64,000 bases of DNA. It comes from a bacterium. GTDB taxonomy: Bacteria > Hinthialibacterota > Hinthialibacteria > Hinthialibacterales > Hinthialibacteraceae. Below the pieces are notes generated by a model, which did no database searches, was not told where the DNA came from, and saw only the letters and a program-made list of their open reading frames with translations. This document shows, piece after piece, positions 29,953-37,739 of this stretch (its first letter is position 1; every line of letters begins with the position of its first letter). The position numbers were made by a program, and so were the translations under genes. Location of the stretch: contig CAXXMV010000002.1 of assembly GCA_963662285.2 (NCBI GenBank), positions 384,001 through 448,000 on the forward strand. Reading direction: 5' to 3'.

Positions 29953-30108
29953 TTTGGTTTTCTTTCTTTATCAAGATGAGTCTAATCTTATATTACTTTA
30001 TAACGATTATGCAGTGAAATGAGGATCACATCTTTGGTCAAACGCCGAAGAGAGATATAGTATTAAATTCAACGTATACAATTCTAAAGAAGAGATTATT
30101 CTATAATT

Positions 30109-31866
30109 ATGATTAAAAGAACTCATTATTGCGGTGATTTACGGGCTGAAAACATAGACGAGAATGTTTCATTGTGCGGTTGGGTGTGGCATTGGAGGGA
30201 TCACGGCGGCGTCATCTTTATCGACGTTCGCGACCGGACTGGCCATAGCCAGTTAGTCTTCGATCCTCAGGTCAACCAGGAATTGTATAAACTGGCTAAC
30301 GAACTGCGCAGCGAGTTCTGTATCGGTATTGTCGGTAAAGTGCGTAGTCGTCCCGAAGGGACCGAGAATCCCAATATGCCAACCGGACAAGTTGAAATCC
30401 TGGTGAGTGAACTCACCATCTTCAGCGAATCTGAGACTCCCCCGTTTCCTCTCGATGAGCATGTCGAAGTTGGCGAAGACATTCGTTTGAAATATAGGTA
30501 TCTTGATCTGCGGCGCCCGGTTCTGCGCGACCATGTCATCTTCCGCAGCCGTACTGCGCAGGCGGTGCGCAACTATTTTTCGGGTAATGGCTTTATTGAG
30601 GTCGAAACGCCGGTGTTGAGTAAATCAACGCCAGAAGGCGCCCGCGACTTCCTGGTTCCCAGCAGGATTAATCCCGGACAGTTCTTCGCTCTACCCCAGT
30701 CTCCCCAACTATACAAACAACTCTGTATGGTCGCTGGCCTGGATCGTTATTTTCAAATCGTTAAGTGTTTCCGTGATGAAGATCAACGAGCTGACCGGCA
30801 GCCGGAATTTACTCAAATCGACCTGGAAATGTCGTTTATAACTCCAGAAGATATCTACGCGGTCATGGAAGGAATGATCAAGACGCTTTGGAAAGACCTT
30901 CTGGATATTGAGGTTGAAACCCCGTTCCCACGCATTCCGTATTGGGAGTCAATGGAGCGTTTTGGAATCGACCGCCCCGATATCCGTTTCGATATGGAAT
31001 TGAAAGACCTCTGCGATATCGGTTCTGAATCCGATTTCAAAGTGTTCCGCAGCATCGTCGAAAATGGCGGGAAAATATCCGGCATCTGCGTCAAAGGCGG
31101 AGCGTCCTTCAGCCGTAAAGATATTGATAACCTGACTTCGGAAGCGGCCATCTATGGCGCCAAAGGTTTGGCGTGGATGAAGGTGACCGATAATGGGCTT
31201 GAATCAAACATCGTTAAATTCTTCTCTGAGGGATTGCAGAAAAAATTGATTGAAAGATTCAATGCCGAATCTGGCGACCTGCTGCTCTTCGTAGCCGACC
31301 AAAAAGAAGTGGTGTACGCTTCATTGGCTCATTTGCGCTTGCATATTGCAGGCAAGCAGGAACTTTACGATCCGAATGAAAACAAATTCATCTGGGTGGT
31401 TGATTTCCCCATGTTTGAAAATGATGATCAAGGCAATCCCACGCCGTTGCATCATCCATTTACTTCACCTTATATAGAAGACCTCGATTTGCTGGAAACT
31501 GATCCATTGAAGATTCGTTCGATGGCTTATGATATGGTGCTTAATGGAATCGAAATTGGCGGAGGCAGCATTCGTATTCACCAGCGGGATGTTCAAAGCC
31601 GGGTATTCAGAGTGCTTGGCATTAATGAAGAGCAAGCCAAAGAAAAGTTCGGTTTCTTGTTGGATGCCTTAAAGTTCGGCGCCCCGCCCCACGGTGGACT
31701 GGCTTTCGGTTTCGACCGTATGATTATGCTTATGCTGAAAGAACCGAATATCCGCGAAGTAATTGCTTTCCCCAAAAACCAACGCGCTCAAGCTGTCATG
31801 GAAGGCGCTCCTTCAAGTGTTGATCCTGACCAAGTCAGAGACCTGGGCTTAAGGCTTAAGTTGTAA
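30109..31866 (+). CDS. aspS: Aspartate--tRNA ligase, probably non-discriminating Asp/Asn
   Basis: RTHYCG, RDHGG, RLKYRYLDLRR, TPEGARDF, LPQSPQ, FRDED.RADRQPEFTQ, HHPFT, GAPPHGG. Confidence 0.98.
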   Translation: MIKRTHYCGDLRAENIDENVSLCGWVWHWRDHGGVIFIDVRDRTGHSQLVFDPQVNQELYKLANELRSEFCIGIVGKVRSRPEGTENPNMPTGQVEILVSELTIFSESETPPFPLDEHVEVGEDIRLKYRYLDLRRPVLRDHVIFRSRTAQAVRNYFSGNGFIEVETPVLSKSTPEGARDFLVPSRINPGQFFALPQSPQLYKQLCMVAGLDRYFQIVKCFRDEDQRADRQPEFTQIDLEMSFITPEDIYAVMEGMIKTLWKDLLDIEVETPFPRIPYWESMERFGIDRPDIRFDMELKDLCDIGSESDFKVFRSIVENGGKISGICVKGGASFSRKDIDNLTSEAAIYGAKGLAWMKVTDNGLESNIVKFFSEGLQKKLIERFNAESGDLLLFVADQKEVVYASLAHLRLHIAGKQELYDPNENKFIWVVDFPMFENDDQGNPTPLHHPFTSPYIEDLDLLETDPLKIRSMAYDMVLNGIEIGGGSIRIHQRDVQSRVFRVLGINEEQAKEKFGFLLDALKFGAPPHGGLAFGFDRMIMLMLKEPNIREVIAFPKNQRAQAVMEGAPSSVDPDQVRDLGLRLKL

Positions 31867-31890
31867 GCGTTTTATTAATATAATATTTAT

Positions 31891-31918
31891 AAAAGGGCGC
31901 TTTGATAGCGTCCTTTTT
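31891..31918 (+). terminator. Terminator after aspS
   Basis: AAAAGGGCGCT...AGCGTCCTTTTT hairpin. Confidence 0.75.
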
Positions 31919-32013
31919 GTTTTAATATAACGTTTTGAGTTTTGTTTTATAAAATTCAATCCGCGAATTTTCTTTTTTTCTCATTTCCGAATAATGCACT
32001 TGGGAGGGATGTA

Positions 32014-33441
32014 ATGGTAAATCAGTACTTAATTAATGTGATTTATATGTATGTTTTGCTTTTCGCTTTAATTCCTGTGTCTTTTGCTCAGGATGCAGTG
32101 AATATTCACAAAGTAACTGCTGTGGGTTGGGTTGACGTCGATTTGCCCTCTTTAGGGACGGGATTACCAGGCGGCGAGTTGGCCGTAAGCGTTAGATTTC
32201 CCAAGGTAGCGCGATACTCTGACGGCGCTCCTACACTAATCTATGTTCCCGGAGGAACGACGCCCGGGAATAGTCTGGATTCATCTTTATCGCGTTACGC
32301 CGATGATATAATTCTCGTCACATTTTTGTTCCCAGGTGGCTTTAGTATCACAGCTGGCCGTGAATCAGATGGAACCTATGATGATCGCGGTGAAAACTGC
32401 ATCTTGGCGTTGCGCGATGTCATTCTCTTTGCGGCAGGGGAAAAGGCCGATAGTCTGGGACGAACTATTGATGATCTTTCTCCGGTTACCGTATTGCATA
32501 ACAATGTCGGGCTATTAGGCTCCTCCAATGGAGGAAACATTGTGATCGCTGCACCTGCTTCGTATGGCGTCGATTTAGTAGATTACTTGAAATACATTAT
32601 TCAGTGGGAATCCCCTGTTTGCAGCCAGTTCGCCACTACCAATCTTGGTGGAGTGCAAATTCTTTGTGGAGGTGATGATCAATACTGGCGCGTTGTCAAT
32701 CCACGGTATCAAGCCTATGGATCGCTCGAAGTGGATATCGACTATAGCCAACTTGCATTTAATCCCTCTGGAGATAATAAGATATTCTTTGATGGCGATG
32801 CAGATGGCGCCTATACGGTTAAAATTACCGGAGCGACTCCTTGTGTTACACCGGATGTGAATGGAGACGGCGTTCTCTCCAATAACGAAGATTTTGCTTT
32901 GAGCGCCTACCAGGATGGAATCAAGGATGTTTATTCACGTCAAGCAACCAAGGCCTTTTTAGATTACGATATTTTTAATCTTTCCGATCCAGCGAATTCC
33001 TGGCCGCACTTTATCGCAACTCCCGCAGAAGCAGATGCTTATTGGGATATACGTGAAGCAGTGCGGATGTATCACGATGCATTTACGAACGTTCCATTGC
33101 TGGAAGGGATGGTGCTTGGAAGCGTGGTTGATCACGTACAAACCGCCCCGGATCATCCGCACATTCACCAGATGTTTGATGGATGGGATTATCATGGGAA
33201 ATGGATTCAGATTAATCCCAGTCCTTCTTATATGATAGAAGTATCACCCCTTATGATCCTTCGTACTGACCTGCCTGATAATACAGCCAATACGGAACCT
33301 GTGGATTGGACTGATTCGTCAGCCTATCTTATGGCGGAAGATATTTCTGATGACATTTACCAAATGGCTGCTATTTTACAGATGGCAGACCGGGCGCACG
33401 ATGCTGCTGCGACGGCTATCTCTGATTGGATGACCTTTTAG
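32014..33441 (+). CDS. Secreted alpha/beta-hydrolase-fold protein with Ca-binding-like D-x-[DN]-x-D-G motifs
   Basis: Signal peptide (..VSFA|QD), IYVPGG oxyanion region, G-S-S-N-G-G nucleophile elbow, DGDADG and DVNGDG motifs. RBS GGGAGG before ATG 32014. Confidence 0.65.
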   Translation: MVNQYLINVIYMYVLLFALIPVSFAQDAVNIHKVTAVGWVDVDLPSLGTGLPGGELAVSVRFPKVARYSDGAPTLIYVPGGTTPGNSLDSSLSRYADDIILVTFLFPGGFSITAGRESDGTYDDRGENCILALRDVILFAAGEKADSLGRTIDDLSPVTVLHNNVGLLGSSNGGNIVIAAPASYGVDLVDYLKYIIQWESPVCSQFATTNLGGVQILCGGDDQYWRVVNPRYQAYGSLEVDIDYSQLAFNPSGDNKIFFDGDADGAYTVKITGATPCVTPDVNGDGVLSNNEDFALSAYQDGIKDVYSRQATKAFLDYDIFNLSDPANSWPHFIATPAEADAYWDIREAVRMYHDAFTNVPLLEGMVLGSVVDHVQTAPDHPHIHQMFDGWDYHGKWIQINPSPSYMIEVSPLMILRTDLPDNTANTEPVDWTDSSAYLMAEDISDDIYQMAAILQMADRAHDAAATAISDWMTF

Positions 33442-33478
33442 GGTGAATCGGATTTGGCCTTCATTGAATCTGCGTTAT

Positions 33479-33509
33479 AAAAAAAAGCCCCCGGAAAGGG
33501 GGCTTTTTT
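33479..33509. terminator. Bidirectional terminator
   Basis: AAAAAAAGCCCCC-GGAAA-GGGGGCTTTTTT between convergent genes. Confidence 0.9.
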
Positions 33510-33530
33510 AGAATGCATCAGTGGTTTTCT

Positions 33531-35060
33531 CTAATGAATCATCCACTCTTTTACATCTGTTGGCGGGCCGCCTAGGATCAATACGCCGTAACTGGATTCT
33601 ACGTGTGGAGTACCCTGCCAACGCAGTTGATAGTCGGGTTCAGTGCCGCCTTCATCGTCATCGTTTACTGTGAAAGTGATGCCGATTGGACCAGTACCAA
33701 CGATCATTTCCTTTTTGAAACGTATTTCTCCAACCCATCCGGTATCGGTAATGGTGGCCCAACCCCACCAATCTTCATTATCCGTGTCGCCGATGAGCGG
33801 ACTGTTAGTGGTATTTGCATCCCGTGTGGCGTTGCCTGCAGTTAAGACAAACTGGCCTTCAATTAGATCTGCGCTGCCATAGCGGTTGTTGCTGGTATCT
33901 GCGCCATGATCCAGATCCTGATCGATGAATACCTCCATAGAGTCGTCATGCCATGTGTTGGCGTTATGCGATCCCTCCGGTTCGGTGTCGTGAAGAACTG
34001 TTTGATCTAAAACATCTGCAGCAACATATAACCAAACATCATCATGCATTGTGTAAATAGTGAATGATATATCACCTTCTAAAGCGGGCATGATGTCTTC
34101 AATTAAGATTCCACTCTTTGGCGTTATGGTTTCTGATGCAGCTAAACTCCAATCGGCTTCATCCATCACACCGTCAATAGTTACTGGTCCGTTGACAAGG
34201 GGCGCTGTGATTTCACGAGGACCAAAATAAAGCGTTCCATAAGTGGATTCCACATGCGCTAATCCGCACCACCTCAGTTGATAGCGGGGATCTGCGTCAT
34301 CGTCATCATCATTAATTGCTATATTGAAACCAATCGAAGAGCCTTTGGAGGGATTCCCGATGATGGAAAGTTTGATCTTGAATTCAACATCATAGCCATT
34401 GTCGGTTAATTCAGCGCGTCCATACCAGTCTGCATCTTCTCCAAAAGTGGGATTGCCCGCTTCGTTATCACGCCGGGCGTTAACTGCTGTTATAACGAAT
34501 TGCCCGCCAGTAGCGAATTCACGCGCCTGATCATCCGCCGATGCTTGAGTAAGCGATGTTTCGAATTTGCTGTTGTCGCCATCGATAAATATTTCTACTG
34601 AATCATCATTCCATGTGGATTCATCTTCACTGTCAGGAGCGGCGTCATTGTATGCAACGAAATCGTCCAACACTCGCACAGCGATATAAAGGTATTCTTC
34701 ATCATAGGCGGTATAAACTGTACAAGAGCAATCAGCGGTGCTATATGGGACGTCATCGGGGATATTTGAATCAACCAATCCACTCTGGATTACTCCTTCA
34801 TCGTCTAAGCCTATGTCCCATAGGATTGACCAAAAAGAGCCTGACGCGCCGGAACTGGTGGCGGAAAACTGCCACTCTATATCATCTATGTATCCATCAA
34901 CAATTGGCGTCAGCATTCCCTGGTCTGCGAAGAACGAAACCGGCTCAGTGACTTCAAAAGGAAACTCCGCGCAGAATACGGGAAGCGCTGAGATGCCAAG
35001 TAGAATCATGCATACTGTCAGGCTGCTTAATCTTTGATATAAAGTAAATTTCATAATCAT
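33531..35060 (-). CDS. Secreted acidic protein with two tandem CBM9-like (DOMON-type) sugar-binding domains
   Basis: Signal peptide and an internal duplication of DG..D..W / YD..YLY / WxDDS.E.FID / GQFV.TA.NA.RD / YQLRW.G..HVES.YG. RBS position favours ATG 35054. Confidence 0.8.
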   Translation of the reverse strand: MIMKFTLYQRLSSLTVCMILLGISALPVFCAEFPFEVTEPVSFFADQGMLTPIVDGYIDDIEWQFSATSSGASGSFWSILWDIGLDDEGVIQSGLVDSNIPDDVPYSTADCSCTVYTAYDEEYLYIAVRVLDDFVAYNDAAPDSEDESTWNDDSVEIFIDGDNSKFETSLTQASADDQAREFATGGQFVITAVNARRDNEAGNPTFGEDADWYGRAELTDNGYDVEFKIKLSIIGNPSKGSSIGFNIAINDDDDDADPRYQLRWCGLAHVESTYGTLYFGPREITAPLVNGPVTIDGVMDEADWSLAASETITPKSGILIEDIMPALEGDISFTIYTMHDDVWLYVAADVLDQTVLHDTEPEGSHNANTWHDDSMEVFIDQDLDHGADTSNNRYGSADLIEGQFVLTAGNATRDANTTNSPLIGDTDNEDWWGWATITDTGWVGEIRFKKEMIVGTGPIGITFTVNDDDEGGTEPDYQLRWQGTPHVESSYGVLILGGPPTDVKEWMIH

Positions 35061-35080
35061 CCTCCAAATTCATTGAAATG

Positions 35081-35132
35081 ATGCGAAAGAATTCGCATAA
35101 TCAAATATTTCATACTTTTTTTTATAAGTCAA
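35081..35132 (-). promoter_or_regulatory. Putative sigma-70 promoter and downstream operator-like palindrome for the CBM9-like gene
   Basis: Minus strand TTGACT-N17-AATATT with TG extension, then the inverted repeat ATGCGAA-N4-TTCGCAT at 35081-35098. Confidence 0.45.
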
Positions 35133-35202
35133 CGGAGGTTAGGAGAAATATAAACAAATTATTGTTTTTATTTATATATGTAGATGCGTTAAAAAAACAG
35201 AC

Positions 35203-35237
35203 AAAAAAATCCCCTTTCTATAGGGGGTGAAAGGGGA
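35203..35237 (-). terminator. Rho-independent terminator of the 109-aa orphan gene, with a C-rich loop
   Basis: Minus strand TCCCCTTTC-ACCCCCTATA-GAAAGGGGA-TTTTTTT. Confidence 0.8.
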
Positions 35238-35339
35238 GAAATAGGGGGTGAAAGAATTGGGGGTTGAGTGATCCAATTCGTTTGTGAGCTTTTTTTAAGA
35301 ATTGCTCTGAAAGAGCATGTTTAGCACATTACGATTAAT

Positions 35340-35669
35340 TTAATTTGCGATAATCTTAGATGTTGAGGCTGAGTCGGCGTATTGTTTGCGTAATTCAAGA
35401 AGTGATTTTTGAACCTCTTCCAATCTCGACTGATATTGAGGTATTTCCTGAGATACTATATCCATCATTCCGTAATCGCGATTGCGGATATTGGTTAATT
35501 TTACATCGTCGAGCACCAGAACCATCGCTTCAAGGAATTCAGCTTTATCGATTAGCCGTTTTTCCATCTGCACCCAATGATCGCCAGCGGTTTTGATGCG
35601 ATCAGTATAGCGAGTTGATGTTGTTTTGATATCTTCGGATTTGGTTGGGAATGTCAGGATGGTAGCCAT
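35340..35669 (-). CDS. Hypothetical 109-aa coiled-coil protein
   Basis: ATG with GAGG upstream, own sigma-54-type promoter and terminator; heptad-like helical sequence; no recognisable family. Confidence 0.75.
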   Translation of the reverse strand: MATILTFPTKSEDIKTTSTRYTDRIKTAGDHWVQMEKRLIDKAEFLEAMVLVLDDVKLTNIRNRDYGMMDIVSQEIPQYQSRLEEVQKSLLELRKQYADSASTSKIIAN

Positions 35670-35709
35670 GTTAATTAACGCCTCGTTTTCTAATATGCTT
35701 AACTAGAAA

Positions 35710-35725
35710 AGCAATGGGCGTGCCA
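35710..35725 (-). promoter_or_regulatory. Sigma-54 (RpoN) -24/-12 promoter
   Basis: Minus strand TGGCACGCCCATTGCT matches TGGCACG-N4-TTGCW exactly and lies 40 nt upstream of the ATG at 35669. Confidence 0.8.
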
Positions 35726-35858
35726 TCTTGGTAATCATTATTTATATCTTGATTTTATTGAATTTGAGTGAAAAGGTTGTTGGATTTGAAGGGAAAGAAA
35801 GTTCTCTTTACCAGATATCGGCAGAGAACATTTTGCCGGAGCGTGCTGCTTTATCGCC

Positions 35859-36212
35859 TTAATCGTCTAGTCCAGGTTTTCTTCTCAACTGTTTTTTTAA
35901 TGAGATTTGCTTTTTTTGAGTGAGTCTCTTTATATGGACTTTTCCGGGGATGGATGTTGGCACTCTAGGGCGGCGCCTGAAATAATAACTTTGCAGTTTT
36001 TGACGCAATAGTTCTAATGCAATCTGTTTATTTCGATATTGGTAGCGCTCTCTCTGGCAGGTGACAGTAATTCCAGAGGGGCGGTGTCTAAGCCGAACAG
36101 CTGTTTCCCGTCGGTTGACGTTCTGTCCCCCCTTGCCGCTGGAGCAGTAGGTATCAACATTGCATTGAGCAAGCAACTCGTCATTATCTGAGGGAATTCT
36201 TGATGAAATCAT
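35859..36212 (-). CDS. Short GGQ-motif peptide-chain-release-factor-like protein (ArfB/RF-1 domain type)
   Basis: [27 protein letters not shown] plus a very basic C-terminal tail. Real start is ATG 36212 overlapping the rnd stop; the track's longer N-terminus is a shadow of rnd. Confidence 0.85.
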   Translation of the reverse strand: MISSRIPSDNDELLAQCNVDTYCSSGKGGQNVNRRETAVRLRHRPSGITVTCQRERYQYRNKQIALELLRQKLQSYYFRRRPRVPTSIPGKVHIKRLTQKKQISLKKQLRRKPGLDD

Positions 36213-37363
36213 TTTTTGTTTTCCAGAATATTGACAATTGAAGGCAGTAAAATCTCTGCTTGCCACTGCATCATGGGGCTGCATTCCATAATATTTTTTA
36301 CTGTAGTAGGCCGGTTGTGCGCGATAGCGGTGATAGCGGCGCGCGTGGCGAGAACGGAAGGAGGAATGCCCAGTTTTTCGGCAATTTTTCCACTTTGATT
36401 TAATAAAGCGTTGACTTCTTCCTTGCAATTGGGTAAGGGAGAAGAACTGCGGGGCAGTTTCCGGATTTCGGGCCATTCCGATTCAGGTAAATTGTTGGCT
36501 TTTTGTATGGCTTTCTCAAGATATATCAGCCGATTACCTGAGCAATTGCGCGGAAGACGCGGACCACCTTTCAAGGTGGGATGGGATTGTGATGTAACCC
36601 AATGAACGATATCTAATATTGTATGGTTGCCGATGATCTTAAATGGAGGCAGGTCGACCATTTGGGCTTCATTTTCTCGCCAATGCCAAATTTCATGCAA
36701 AAAAGCCATCTGGCGCCGATTTAAGTAACGAACCCCTTTGATTCGCCATGCTTTTTCAATATCTCTTGGTTTATCGATTGCAGTAGCTTGTACAACTCTT
36801 TCGCACGCTTCCTTATGCCATTCAATGCGCTTTTGTTCGATCAATTCTCTTTCAAGATGTTTTGCTAATGGAACAAGGTAATGGGTATCCTCATAGGCGT
36901 ACTTCAGTTGTTTTGGAGTTAGAGGACGTTTAGACCAATTGGTTTTCTTGCCTAAATTATCTAAATCCTTATTAAAGAGCATCTTAACCAAAGGAGAAAA
37001 CCCAAATTCGCTGTATCCTAAAATCTGAGCGGCGAGCATGGTGTCGAACACCGGCTTATTGGGCCGGAAATCAAAGGATGATCTCAACATGCGTAAATCG
37101 TAATCGGCGCCATGAAATATCAGATGCTTGTCAGATATAATTTTTAAAAACGAAGATAAATCCAGTTTGGATAATGGATCGATAATAAAGTTTTCATTAT
37201 TTATAGTTAACTGAATCAGGCAGACTTTGGCGTAATAATGATGAAGACTGTCGGCTTCAGTATCTAATGCGATTCTCTTTACTTTTCTTATTTGGTTGAT
37301 AAGTTCATCAAGAGCATCGTCGGTATCAATGTATTTAAATTGGTTTTCTTCCTGGGTACCCAA
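36209..37363 (-). CDS. rnd: Ribonuclease D (DEDDy exonuclease plus HRDC)
   Basis: [44 protein letters not shown]...D.PPF. Confidence 0.92.
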   Translation of the reverse strand: MGTQEENQFKYIDTDDALDELINQIRKVKRIALDTEADSLHHYYAKVCLIQLTINNENFIIDPLSKLDLSSFLKIISDKHLIFHGADYDLRMLRSSFDFRPNKPVFDTMLAAQILGYSEFGFSPLVKMLFNKDLDNLGKKTNWSKRPLTPKQLKYAYEDTHYLVPLAKHLERELIEQKRIEWHKEACERVVQATAIDKPRDIEKAWRIKGVRYLNRRQMAFLHEIWHWRENEAQMVDLPPFKIIGNHTILDIVHWVTSQSHPTLKGGPRLPRNCSGNRLIYLEKAIQKANNLPESEWPEIRKLPRSSSPLPNCKEEVNALLNQSGKIAEKLGIPPSVLATRAAITAIAHNRPTTVKNIMECSPMMQWQAEILLPSIVNILENKK

Positions 37364-37739
37364 ACTAATTCAATCCTCCCTGCCGAAGAAATTAGTGATT
37401 TTAAGATTAACCTTATTCTTTTTTGGATTTCTTACTTTTATTCTTTTTCTTCTTCTTTTTGGTTTTACACAATTTGGTGCAAATACCTTTATCATCGCAT
37501 AACTTACATCCGCTCATGCTTATTCACCAGTAAATATTGTAATTAAGAAATAATATATCAAAATTATACTACTGGTTTCTCATCTAGGAAGCATGATTGG
37601 AGATGGTTTCATTAAAAATATAGGGCGATGGGTTAATTTCGTGTTACCTTCACTCTCAACCCTGAATCCATCGTTGTTTCTGTATTATGCTTATAATCAA
37701 GAAAGAAAGCAACTTTACCAAGCATGGAGGGAAGTGGAA

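Noticed and set aside
35220-35268. Direct repeats as a mini-CRISPR
   Set aside because: Repeats are 14 nt with a 7-nt gap, far too short, and there are no cas genes.
36213-36476. N-terminal 88 aa of the 205-aa release-factor-like ORF
   Set aside because: Overlaps rnd in another frame; the recognisable domain starts at ATG 36212.
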